From Pseudobdellovibrionaceae bacterium (GTDB taxonomy: Bacteria; Bdellovibrionota; Bdellovibrionia; Bdellovibrionales; Bdellovibrionaceae): 21,371 nt of DNA. Below are positions 1 to 8,350 of the stretch, in pieces. The position numbers were made by a program, and so were the translations under genes. The stretch covers positions 1 to 21,371 of the forward strand of contig JBIKLL010000046.1 in the NCBI GenBank assembly GCA_044359815.1. The letters are read 5' to 3'. The first letter of the stretch is position 1. Each line of letters starts with the position of its first letter. The notes below the pieces were generated by a model. It was not told the DNA's origin and searched no databases. It saw only the letters and a list, made by a program, of their open reading frames with translations.

Positions 1-2
1 TG

Positions 3-920
3 CGACGGATTTCTGCGGTCCGACTAATCCAGCAGATTCCTGAGGTAAAAACCAAAATCCAAAATGGCAGCTTGAAATTGACAGTGGTTGCTCAGGCTCA
101 AAGCTTTTTCAAAAAAGAAGAAGCCGTAACCGGAAACAGATTAAAACCCGAGCAGAAAAAACAAATTCTGCGAAACCTTGAAAACAAGTCCTCACGCGAA
201 GCCGAGCTGGAACTGGTGAAATTGCGTCCAGAGTCTGTCAAACACTCAGAGAGCCTGCGGCCTTTGACCGAGGAATTTACAGAGATTAAATTTGTAATCA
301 CCTCAGACCTGAAAACTAAAATCACCGAGCTGCAAAATCTTTTGTCCCATCAATTACCCAATAAAAACATCAGCACCTTGATGCAGCTACTGGTCGAAAA
401 GCTTTACAACGATTTTAAGCAAAAAAGCAAAATTGCTGAGATCACTTCTGAAATCAAAAATAGTCCAACCTATTCTTGCGCCGAAGTGAAAAACTCCTCA
501 AAAATAGAGCAAGCTACGGTGAACAAAAAATCTGACAATAAAATTGATCAGATTGCATTCTTTGATCTGGTACCTCAAATCAAATATAAGCCCACTTACT
601 CCGGCGCCGGAGTAAATAAAAGTGTGCAGAATAAAGAATTAAATCACTCAAGCAACTCCAATACCAATTCCAATATAAACACAGAGAATGGTTTAAAACA
701 AAATCAATCACCCAGCAGATACATCGCGACCAAAGTGCGAAAATTTATCTGGAGTCGGGATCAGGGGCGCTGTCAGTACCAGAGCACCATAAGTGGTAAA
801 AAATGTGAATCAAGACACCAATTGCAGATCGATCACATTCATCGTTTTGCTGACGGAGGCGGCCATAAACCAGAAAACCTGCGACTGCTTTGCCGCGCAC
901 ACAACAACTGGCGCGGTTAA
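3..920 (+). CDS. HNH endonuclease domain protein (long helical N-terminus, low-complexity linker, C-terminal HNH); 5'-partial
   Basis: Frame is open from the window edge (RRISAVRLIQQIPEVKTKIQNGSLKL...), so the TTG at 72 is not the true start. C-terminus RDQGRCQY...KC...LQIDHIHRFADGG...NLRLLCRAHN is a typical Zn-binding HNH motif. Confidence 0.85.
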   Translation, partial: RRISAVRLIQQIPEVKTKIQNGSLKLTVVAQAQSFFKKEEAVTGNRLKPEQKKQILRNLENKSSREAELELVKLRPESVKHSESLRPLTEEFTEIKFVITSDLKTKITELQNLLSHQLPNKNISTLMQLLVEKLYNDFKQKSKIAEITSEIKNSPTYSCAEVKNSSKIEQATVNKKSDNKIDQIAFFDLVPQIKYKPTYSGAGVNKSVQNKELNHSSNSNTNSNINTENGLKQNQSPSRYIATKVRKFIWSRDQGRCQYQSTISGKKCESRHQLQIDHIHRFADGGGHKPENLRLLCRAHNNWRG

Positions 921-986
921 TGACCAAATCGCAAACCTGAAAACCTGAGACTGTTTTACCGCGCGCACAACAATTGGCGCGGTTGA
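867..986 (+). repeat. Direct repeat of the last 54 nt of the HNH gene (867-920 vs 933-986)
   Basis: 47/54 nt identical; KPENLRLLCRAHNNWRG* vs KPENLRLFYRAHNNWRG*. A shorter third relic, NKPEGLNNWRG*, lies at 1074-1109. Confidence 0.9.
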
Positions 987-1244
987 ACGGCGGCAGCAAG
1001 CCAACGACGGCACCGATACATATTGAGCAAAAACAAATTGCAGAAACTAATCTATTTACAAATAGTCAGAAATAACAAGCCAGAGGGGCTCAACAATTGG
1101 CGTGGATAATCTGCGAAAGCCACACACACTTATTTAAAAGCGCAGTTATTTAAGACGGGTGCGCAATCCAACGGTCTCGTCTAAACTGTCACTAGTGCAC
1201 TCTGTGATTGCCTGTTGGGTTCCTGAACTAATCAACAAACTAAT

Positions 1245-2204
1245 CTACTGACAATCCAATGTCGCATAAATCGGGTAGTGGTCTGAACTGACTATCTGAT
1301 TCAATACAAAAGCCGACAGCATTTTGCAGCCTCGGTAAAACAAATGATCAAATTCAAAAGTTCTGGGATCAGTATCAAATTTAATTTTATGCAAACCTAA
1401 ATCAGTCGTCACCCTTTGCAAGATCTCAAAACGATCTCGATTCCACGTATTGAAATCACCCATCCAAATCATTTTACCCGAATAATCACGAACCGCCTTG
1501 TAAACGGCTTCAAGCTGTCTTCTGAGCGCAGCTGTTGTGGTAAAATTAATTCCATGCGTGTTGATGACCTTCAGGTTTTCACCGTTTTCCATTTGATAAT
1601 CAGTTATCAATGTCATTTTGGGTGTGTCGGCAATTGGTTCAGTATCTTCAGATCTCAGAAACTGCGATCGAACTGCCGCTGCAATGGCGCCAGTTGCAAC
1701 TCCTGTTGGAGTTCGCTTTTCCTCGGTAAAAAACGACCTGGCCGCCCAAAATTCAAAATCAGGCACAAGCTTGATGGTATCATCGACAATTCCGTCTTCC
1801 AGAAACTCTTGAATCGCGATCAATGTTTTATCCTGCGATAAATACAAAAAATCCTTTTTGAAATCAGCTTTGCCTTCGCCTTTTTGGACGTTCCAAAGCA
1901 GAATCTCTATTTCTGTTGGCAGCTTTACCCCATTAGTCTCGGTGATTTTTGCCATGGCACCTTCATCACCAATAGAGTCAAAGAAAACCTCAGGGTCAAT
2001 TGTCCCAGGATCAATTGTCCCAGGATAAATTGGTGATTTATTTGTCCAGTGACGGACAAATTTTTTGGTATCAGATAAATTATTTGAAAACTCTCTTTTG
2101 GCTTCGGCCGAGTTAATTGTGATCTGTGCCCCCACAAATACAAACACCCAACCAGCAACTACCCAACTAGTGAGCATAGTCGCTGCTTTTTTGCGAATTC
2201 TCAT
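1245..2204 (-). CDS. Endonuclease/exonuclease/phosphatase (EEP) family protein, probably exported
   Basis: EEP motifs LLWNVQKG, IAIQE, INTHG, MGDFN, FDHLFY and SDHYPI; hydrophobic N-terminus. Start placed at ATG 2204 behind GCAGGAGGGGG (ORF track starts at 2234). Confidence 0.85.
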   Translation of the reverse strand: MRIRKKAATMLTSWVVAGWVFVFVGAQITINSAEAKREFSNNLSDTKKFVRHWTNKSPIYPGTIDPGTIDPEVFFDSIGDEGAMAKITETNGVKLPTEIEILLWNVQKGEGKADFKKDFLYLSQDKTLIAIQEFLEDGIVDDTIKLVPDFEFWAARSFFTEEKRTPTGVATGAIAAAVRSQFLRSEDTEPIADTPKMTLITDYQMENGENLKVINTHGINFTTTAALRRQLEAVYKAVRDYSGKMIWMGDFNTWNRDRFEILQRVTTDLGLHKIKFDTDPRTFEFDHLFYRGCKMLSAFVLNQIVSSDHYPIYATLDCQ

Positions 2205-2272
2205 GACGCCCCCTCCTGCATCAAAAGTGTGCACGCAAAACTATATTCAGTTTCAAAATCTGTTGTCAAAAC

Positions 2273-2584
2273 TTAAAAAGGATCGTTGCAATCCCATTCG
2301 TCAGCTCCAGGGAATGAGTCCCGGCTTACAATGCAGTGTTTATAAAAAAAATCATATTTACGATAGGGCCGGGGCTCCGGCATTCGATTGTCTAAAATCA
2401 TTCCGTCAGCACCGTAGGCGGCGGGGTGAACTTTTTTAGATTTGTACTGAGCTTCCAGCAGAAGTTCCTTTGCTGAGGTCGTGCACCCTGTAGTGAGCTG
2501 CATGCCGATGAGGCCACTCAAAAAAGTAGTTATCGTAAGCAGCGAAATTTTTGAAAACGAATAACTGATTGAACTGTGTCTCAT
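2273..2584 (-). CDS. Small hypothetical (lipo)protein
   Basis: 103-aa ORF with hydrophobic N-terminus ending LTTGC and a Cys pair near the C-terminus; co-oriented with the EEP gene. Confidence 0.6.
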   Translation of the reverse strand: MRHSSISYSFSKISLLTITTFLSGLIGMQLTTGCTTSAKELLLEAQYKSKKVHPAAYGADGMILDNRMPEPRPYRKYDFFYKHCIVSRDSFPGADEWDCNDPF

Positions 2585-2862
2585 TAGTCAGGATGATAAC
2601 ACGCAAGCTTGACAGGGTGACAGCGAAAGAATGACATTTCCCAAATCCACTATAAAGCCCATTCGGACTTTGGTCTTATGTTTTGCTCATTAATGTTCTG
2701 ACTTAATCAAAGCGATTGTCCGAAAGAGCTCAATCGAAGTTGGTTATTGCAAATCCCATTCGTTTTTTCAGTGAAAAATTTAGGCTCAGAAGCTGGGCAA
2801 ATGACCTTATTTCAGAAATACAAGTTGTCGCAACTTAAGTTCTGAATTATCTGTAAACCTAT

Positions 2863-3768
2863 ATGTTTTTTCAAAAAACCATCAGAGCCAGAACCGTGGT
2901 CGAAGGCATTGGATTGCATTCAGGGAAGCCCTGCCAGTTGCTGTTTGTACCTGCACCACCAAATACAGGTGTGCATTTTGTCAGAGCGGATTTGCCTGGC
3001 AAGCCTTCAATGAAAGTCAGCGTGAAAAACGTCACTGAAACTGGTTATGCAACCACATTGGGTGGTCCTCATTTTTCAGTGGCTACGGTTGAGCATTGTT
3101 TGAGCGCTCTGTCAGCCTTGCGCATTGATAATCTGATCATTGAATTACAGGGACCAGAAATCCCTATCGTTGATGGTTCGGCTCAATGTTTTTTGGATTC
3201 AATCAACAAGGTTGGTATGATCGAGCAGGATCAGCCGCGTAAATACTGTTATATCAGTCATCCTATTTATTTTGCCGAAGATGACAAAAAAGCCTACGTG
3301 GTTCCCTATCATGGGTTGCGATTGACAGTGACCATTGATTTTCCCCATCCCCTTATCGGAGTCCAAAAATTTGATATTGATGTGAACCAGGAATCCTTTC
3401 AGCGGGAGATTGCTCCAGCCAGAACTTTTGGTTTTTACAAAGACGTCGAAGAGTTGCAAAAGCGGGGATTGGCCAAAGGCGGCAGTCTGAAAAATGCCAT
3501 CGTGTTAACTGATGACGGGATGATGAACGCTGAGCCCCTTAGATTTGCTGATGAATTTGTCAGACACAAAGCGCTGGACGCACTAGGTGATTTGGTGACC
3601 CTGGAAATGCCTATTATGGGGCATTTAATTTTGCACAAAGCCGGCCACAATATAATGAACAAGCTAGTCCAAAAAATCATCGAATCAAAAGACTGTTACA
3701 AATTGGTTGAACTGGGAGCTGGATTGACTCAGGAAGATCTGATCAAAAGCTCTTCATGGAGTTATTGA
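2863..3768 (+). CDS. lpxC: UDP-3-O-acyl-N-acetylglucosamine deacetylase
   Basis: GIGLHSG, TVEHCLSAL, EIPIVDGSA, IAPARTFGF, RHKALDALGDL and AGH motifs; 301 aa. Confidence 0.97.
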   Translation: MFFQKTIRARTVVEGIGLHSGKPCQLLFVPAPPNTGVHFVRADLPGKPSMKVSVKNVTETGYATTLGGPHFSVATVEHCLSALSALRIDNLIIELQGPEIPIVDGSAQCFLDSINKVGMIEQDQPRKYCYISHPIYFAEDDKKAYVVPYHGLRLTVTIDFPHPLIGVQKFDIDVNQESFQREIAPARTFGFYKDVEELQKRGLAKGGSLKNAIVLTDDGMMNAEPLRFADEFVRHKALDALGDLVTLEMPIMGHLILHKAGHNIMNKLVQKIIESKDCYKLVELGAGLTQEDLIKSSSWSY

Positions 3769-3794
3769 CCTCGCCCGATTATTTATCTTATAAA
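3765..3794 (+). promoter_or_regulatory. Candidate sigma70 promoter for ald, overlapping the lpxC stop
   Basis: TTGACC (3765-3770), 18 nt, TATAAA (3789-3794); GAGAGGGG RBS before ATG 3830. Confidence 0.4.
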
Positions 3795-3829
3795 TTCCAA
3801 GAATTTTTAACTCTCAGAGAGGGGTTGTT

Positions 3830-4936
3830 ATGATTATTGGAATTCCAAAAGAAATTAAAATCAGTGAAAACCGCGTTGGCATGACCGAGGCCGGAGTTCG
3901 GCAATTGGTCAAAGAAGGCCATACTTTATTTGTCGAAAAGGATGCTGGGTTGGGCAGTGGAATTTCCAATCAGCAGTACGAAAAAGCCGGGGCAAAAATT
4001 TTAGAAACTAAAAAAGAAGTTTACGCAAAATCCGATATGATCGTTAAGGTCAAAGAACCATTGCCTGATGAATATGAGTTATTAAGGGAAAATCAAATTT
4101 TATACACTTATCTGCATTTGGCTGCTGAACCTAAGCTTACAAAGGTTTTATGTGATCGCAAGGTTAAGGCCGTTGCCTATGAGACCATTCAGAAAGAAGA
4201 CGGATCATTACCCCTGTTGACTCCGATGAGTGAAGTCGCTGGCAGAATGGCCACACAGATTGGTGCTTACTATCTACAGAAGGATCATGGCGGCAAAGGG
4301 ATCTTAATGGGCGGAGTCACGGGAGTCAGACCAGGTAAAGTCACAATCATTGGTGGTGGTGTGGTTGGAACAAACTCTGCAAAAATGGCATTGGGCTTAG
4401 GCGCTGATGTCACGATCTTGGATGTGAATCTGGCTAGACTGGAATATCTGGATGATGTGTTTTTTGGCAAGGTAACAACTTTGTTTTCAAACACTCAAAA
4501 CATCGAAGAATCCGTGATGCAGAGTGATTTGGTTGTTGGTGCCGTATTGATTACGGGTCAAAAAGCTCCCACATTAGTTTCTAAAAATATGATTTCACAA
4601 ATGCAAAAAGGCAGCGTGGTTGTCGATGTGGCTGTGGACCAAGGCGGTTGCATTGAAACTTGCAAACCAACTTCGCACAAAGAGCCTACTTATGAAATCG
4701 ACGGTGTGATTCATTACTGTGTACCGAACATGCCTGGTGTTGTGTCCAGAACTTCAACCTATGCATTAACAAACACAACGCTTAAATATGCTTCGATGAT
4801 AGCAGCCATGGGTGTGGAAGACGCTATTGCCAAGGACAAAGCCCTTTTTAAAGGACTCAATGTTTATAATGGATTTGTTTGTTATGAACCTGTGGCCAAA
4901 GATTTGGGAATGCCTTTTAAAGCTTGTTCTCTGTAA
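3830..4936 (+). CDS. ald: Alanine dehydrogenase
   Basis: IGIPKEIK..ENRV, VKVKEP, YTYLHLAA, PMSEVAGRMA, GGGVVG, DVAVDQGGC and HYCVPNMPG motifs; 368 aa. Confidence 0.97.
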   Translation: MIIGIPKEIKISENRVGMTEAGVRQLVKEGHTLFVEKDAGLGSGISNQQYEKAGAKILETKKEVYAKSDMIVKVKEPLPDEYELLRENQILYTYLHLAAEPKLTKVLCDRKVKAVAYETIQKEDGSLPLLTPMSEVAGRMATQIGAYYLQKDHGGKGILMGGVTGVRPGKVTIIGGGVVGTNSAKMALGLGADVTILDVNLARLEYLDDVFFGKVTTLFSNTQNIEESVMQSDLVVGAVLITGQKAPTLVSKNMISQMQKGSVVVDVAVDQGGCIETCKPTSHKEPTYEIDGVIHYCVPNMPGVVSRTSTYALTNTTLKYASMIAAMGVEDAIAKDKALFKGLNVYNGFVCYEPVAKDLGMPFKACSL

Positions 4937-4951
4937 TAGATTGGCTGAATT

Positions 4952-6169
4952 TTAGTAACTGGTAAACAAGACGATGCCAAAAATTTTGTATTGGGGATCG
5001 GTCAGTGATTTGTACTGACCGTTGATCCACAGCCCTGGGAAATAATTTGACCCATCGGTGAAATACCCAGTGACAATTGTTTTTCCATTAACCACAGAAA
5101 TTTTGCCAAGCTTTGCAGGTCTGATCCCATTAGCGTTAATTGTAAGTTCATTCCAGACTTGGTTTTTCCAAAATCCATAATGAGTTTTTAAATTGGTCGA
5201 AAACGTTCCCAAAACATAAATGTCTGATTTTAAAACCAACAAATCATTGTCATCGACATTCATTAACGTTTCACCAGTAGTCAGTACAGGTTTGAGCTCT
5301 GTCCAAACATTGTTGATCCAATAGCCAACACGGGTGCCGCCTGATCTGTGTATGCCCTTGCCAGTGACAATCATAGAATCGGTTGTAACTGCAGAATTTG
5401 CGGGATCAGTTTTCGTTGTGACGCTGATTTCTGATGGAACTGTGTCGGTTAAATCAGTGGGCTTTGTAAGGTTTTGAAAATCATTATTCACCCAAATCCC
5501 CGGATTGCAGTCACTGCTCAGGCCTGCAAAATAAACTCCGGTTTGATCGGCATCAATGGAGGTTAGAGTTGATATACGACTGGAGTCATCCAAGACATTC
5601 TGTGCATCCAGGTTTTGCCAGTAATTTCCTGAACGCCGGCACGCTGTGTTTTCAGTGGTTTCATAACTGGCACTATAAAAAATCTGACCGTTAAAATCTG
5701 CTAAGGCCCCATTTAAAAAACGGCTGATCTGCAAATCGGGGGTTTGCAGGTACTGCAGTTTGTGATTTTGCCAAGCTATAGGGCGATACTGGGAGCCCGA
5801 TTTATAATATCCCAATACACTATTAGAAAAGGCCATTTTTTTTGCCGCCAGCAGATAAACTATGGAGGATTCGGCAGGCATGGGTAAAACATGAAACACT
5901 CCGTTTTGCCAATACCCCGCACGGTAATCGTTCACCTCTGCAATAAATCGATATCCATAAAAATTCAGTCCCGGAAATTCTGGCTCATCTGTATTGTCCA
6001 AAAACTTTGAGGCTTCGGCAGTTTGCTCAGTCATTACGCCCACAGGTTGGGAAGAGTTGTTGCTCAAAGGCCTGTCGGATCGATCACAGTTTTGAAAAAA
6101 CAAAATTAAATTCAGAGTGACTAATAAAACCAACCAATAAATATTTTTAAGCCTTTTGGGTGATTTCAT
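4952..6169 (-). CDS. Predicted lipoprotein with seven W-x-N repeats (probable beta-propeller)
   Basis: Signal peptide ending LFFQNC; repeats GYWQNG, IAWQNH, NYWQNL, GIWVNN, GYWINN, GFWKNQ and GLWING. ATG 6169 preferred over TTG 6178. Confidence 0.7.
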   Translation of the reverse strand: MKSPKRLKNIYWLVLLVTLNLILFFQNCDRSDRPLSNNSSQPVGVMTEQTAEASKFLDNTDEPEFPGLNFYGYRFIAEVNDYRAGYWQNGVFHVLPMPAESSIVYLLAAKKMAFSNSVLGYYKSGSQYRPIAWQNHKLQYLQTPDLQISRFLNGALADFNGQIFYSASYETTENTACRRSGNYWQNLDAQNVLDDSSRISTLTSIDADQTGVYFAGLSSDCNPGIWVNNDFQNLTKPTDLTDTVPSEISVTTKTDPANSAVTTDSMIVTGKGIHRSGGTRVGYWINNVWTELKPVLTTGETLMNVDDNDLLVLKSDIYVLGTFSTNLKTHYGFWKNQVWNELTINANGIRPAKLGKISVVNGKTIVTGYFTDGSNYFPGLWINGQYKSLTDPQYKIFGIVLFTSY

Positions 6170-6234
6170 ATAATCCAATTGGTGATTTTTAACTGACTCA
6201 AACTGAGACTCATCTGGCCTTCCCGTCAGCTATC

Positions 6235-6262
6235 CTATCGGCCAGTCTGCGCCATTATTTTA
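6235..6262 (-). promoter_or_regulatory. Candidate sigma28 (FliA) promoter for the W-x-N repeat lipoprotein
   Basis: Minus strand reads TAAA-N16-GCCGATAG, close to the consensus TAAA-N15/16-GCCGATAA, about 65 nt upstream of the ATG. Confidence 0.55.
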
Positions 6263-6302
6263 GCCTTTTTTCAGCTGCAATCGATTGCACGATCCGGCTG
6301 CA

Positions 6303-6667
6303 AGTTGCTGAATGCAAATTTTAAAAATAATTCTGTGATTTTCCACTTTGTGAATACATTTGCGAGCGCGCATGGCATATCTGGTGTTGCGTAAATGTAA
6401 AGATAATTTTTTTCACTATTTTTAGACACTCGCTAACGGCCGCGGGCTCATCTCTCGTATTGAGTCATTTTATAAAAGCAATTTTTTTGCTTTTATAAAA
6501 TGACTCAACACCAGATATGCCCCGCACGCTCGCTGTATGTGTCTAAAAACAGTAAAAACAAATTATCTTTGCATTTACGCAATACGAGAGATGAGCTTGC
6601 GGCCGTTAGCAAGTATTCACAAAGTGGAAAATCACAGAATTATTTTTAAAATTTGCATTCAGCAACT
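6303..6667. repeat. Long composite palindromic element, copy 1 (REPIN/MITE-like)
   Basis: Perfect 55-bp inverted arms 6303-6357/6613-6667; central hairpin 6463-6481/6487-6505; three internal complementary segment pairs; extra 12-bp outer IR 6275-6286/6689-6700. Confidence 0.92.
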
Positions 6668-6701
6668 CGAGACTGAATTGCCCTGGGTAATCGATTGCAG
6701 T

Positions 6702-7415
6702 TTAATCGACGATCGCGATGGAGCCCCAGTCTTGGGTGGTTAGCAGGGGGATTGAGTGATTTTTGAGTCTGTTGATGATGATCTGGTGAGGGTGTCCGTA
6801 CTTCAATTTTCGGGCTGAAGCTATCGCCAGTTTCAGATGTCCCAGTTGAGTCAGCAGAAACTCAGATGACGAAGTTTTGCTGCCATGATGGCCCAGGATC
6901 AGAATCCTTGCATCCCAAATTTTTGAATAGTTCCAAAGCTTTTCTTGGGCGCTGGGGGCGTCCCCTGGAATCAGCATCTTAAAACGTTTGATCCAGGCAA
7001 CCTGACTGGTTTTATTTTTGATTTTAGTATTTATATTTTTACCCTGCGGAAACAGATTCTCATGATCTGGGGCCATGCAGACTTTTTTGGCTGTGAAAAA
7101 ACTCAGATTCATTTCATCAATAGGGCGCAGCTGATTGAGTCTGCAATCAAAAAGCGGACTGAATTTAGCAAATGAATAATGATCCCAGTCGGCATGACTT
7201 AAAAACAATTTGTTGGTTTTTCCCCGGCAAAATTTAAGCACCTTTGCAGTTTGATTGTATTCACCACCCATATCCATATGCAGGCATTCATCCGGTTTTA
7301 CCAAGGTTGCCCAAGAGCCTTGGCCCACATTCCAAATGATCAGGTATTGTTTGTAAATGCCTGAGGCCATGGGGGAGCCATAGCTAAAAATCAAAATCAG
7401 AATCCAAGCTCTCAT
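6702..7415 (-). CDS. ComEC C-terminal-type metallo-beta-lactamase-fold nuclease (stand-alone)
   Basis: NVGQGS, DMGG, LSHADWDH, LIPGDA, GHHGSKTSS, YGHPH and TQDWGSI are the motifs of the ComEC/Rec2 MBL domain. Confidence 0.85.
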   Translation of the reverse strand: MRAWILILIFSYGSPMASGIYKQYLIIWNVGQGSWATLVKPDECLHMDMGGEYNQTAKVLKFCRGKTNKLFLSHADWDHYSFAKFSPLFDCRLNQLRPIDEMNLSFFTAKKVCMAPDHENLFPQGKNINTKIKNKTSQVAWIKRFKMLIPGDAPSAQEKLWNYSKIWDARILILGHHGSKTSSSEFLLTQLGHLKLAIASARKLKYGHPHQIIINRLKNHSIPLLTTQDWGSIAIVD

Positions 7416-8319
7416 TTGAAAGCCACCTCTTTCGTTTTGTCAGTTCAAAGTATCGCAATGAGCTGAGTGCAAATATAAAGATCACCCATTGGGTAAAGCT
7501 TGGCCTGTTGATCACATAATCGGGTGCAATGGCATTGAGGCCCTCAAGATTTAGGATCAAACTTTTATAAAAAAATCCAAAGCAAGCATCAATCCACAGG
7601 CTCAGCAAACTAAAATAACTGAGGGGAATTAAAACAAATGAAATCACAGGGGCGTAAATCAGATTGGCAAAAACAGATTTTAAATTAAACTCAAAAAACA
7701 AAAGCGACAAAAACCATTGGATCAATAAAGCTTCCACTAAAAAGACCCATTTTTTGTTTTGATTCAAAATTAATTGGCAGACCACCAAAATTAATGAGCA
7801 CCAGCACGACAGATTAAAGGACCGAGAATTTACCCAGTCGGGGAACAGCATCAAAACCGAGCAAAATCCCCAGGCTGATAAAATCACCGGTGACCTGCGG
7901 TGCCAGCGGCCCGAAGCAATCAGCACCTGAGTGATAAAGGCTTTGGCAATGGGCGGGCAAAATCCCACCATTAGGGATAACAAAAACAACACCACTGAGC
8001 TCAAAATAAACTTTAGTCGGCTGAGTTTTGCTGGGATAAAATCAGTCAGAATCTTAATTAAACTGGACCAAAGCATAAGGTTGCCTGCTGATACAACAAG
8101 CACATGATATAAATTCAAGTTCATAAATAAATTAAAATGCGGTTCCATTACGAAACTGATTCCGCAAATCAGACTTTGCTTAATTTCTGAAAAACTATGT
8201 TGTGACAAAAATAACTCACATGATTTTTGGGCTTTGTAAGACAGATGTGCTGTTAATAAATGCATTTTCAAAAAATGCATCAAAGCAAACAATCCTGGTA
8301 TTAAGAAAAATAGAATCAT
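7384..8319 (-). CDS. comEC: ComEC/Rec2 competence membrane domain protein
   Basis: Highly hydrophobic 311 aa; LYHVLVVSAGNL (cf. HxxxxSGxH), GFCPPIAKA, SFNLS and ANL motifs; overlaps the MBL-domain gene by 32 nt. Confidence 0.75.
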   Translation of the reverse strand: MILFFLIPGLFALMHFLKMHLLTAHLSYKAQKSCELFLSQHSFSEIKQSLICGISFVMEPHFNLFMNLNLYHVLVVSAGNLMLWSSLIKILTDFIPAKLSRLKFILSSVVLFLLSLMVGFCPPIAKAFITQVLIASGRWHRRSPVILSAWGFCSVLMLFPDWVNSRSFNLSCWCSLILVVCQLILNQNKKWVFLVEALLIQWFLSLLFFEFNLKSVFANLIYAPVISFVLIPLSYFSLLSLWIDACFGFFYKSLILNLEGLNAIAPDYVINRPSFTQWVIFIFALSSLRYFELTKRKRWLSNESLDSDFDF

Positions 8320-8333
8320 AATTACATATACTT

Positions 8334-8350
8334 AGCAAAGTTCCGGCCGG
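8334..8350 (-). promoter_or_regulatory. Candidate sigma54 -24/-12 promoter for comEC
   Basis: Minus strand CCGGCCGGAACTTTGCT has exact GG-N10-GC spacing with TTGCW; it would give a very short leader before ATG 8319. Confidence 0.35.

Noticed and set aside
867..986. DGR template/variable repeat pair at the HNH 3' end
   Set aside because: Differences are not confined to adenines in either copy, most are silent, and no reverse transcriptase is in the window.
745..1013. Two minus-strand ORFs with internally repeated peptides
   Set aside because: Antisense shadows of the HNH 3'-end duplication.
6303..6667. CRISPR array or integron attC
   Set aside because: No equal-length direct repeats with unique spacers, no cas or integrase gene, and no RYYYAAC/GTTRRRY ends in attC arrangement.
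6537..6743. 68-aa ORF
   Set aside because: Lies within the palindromic element and overlaps the MBL gene antisense; the matching DNA in copy 2 is read in a different frame.
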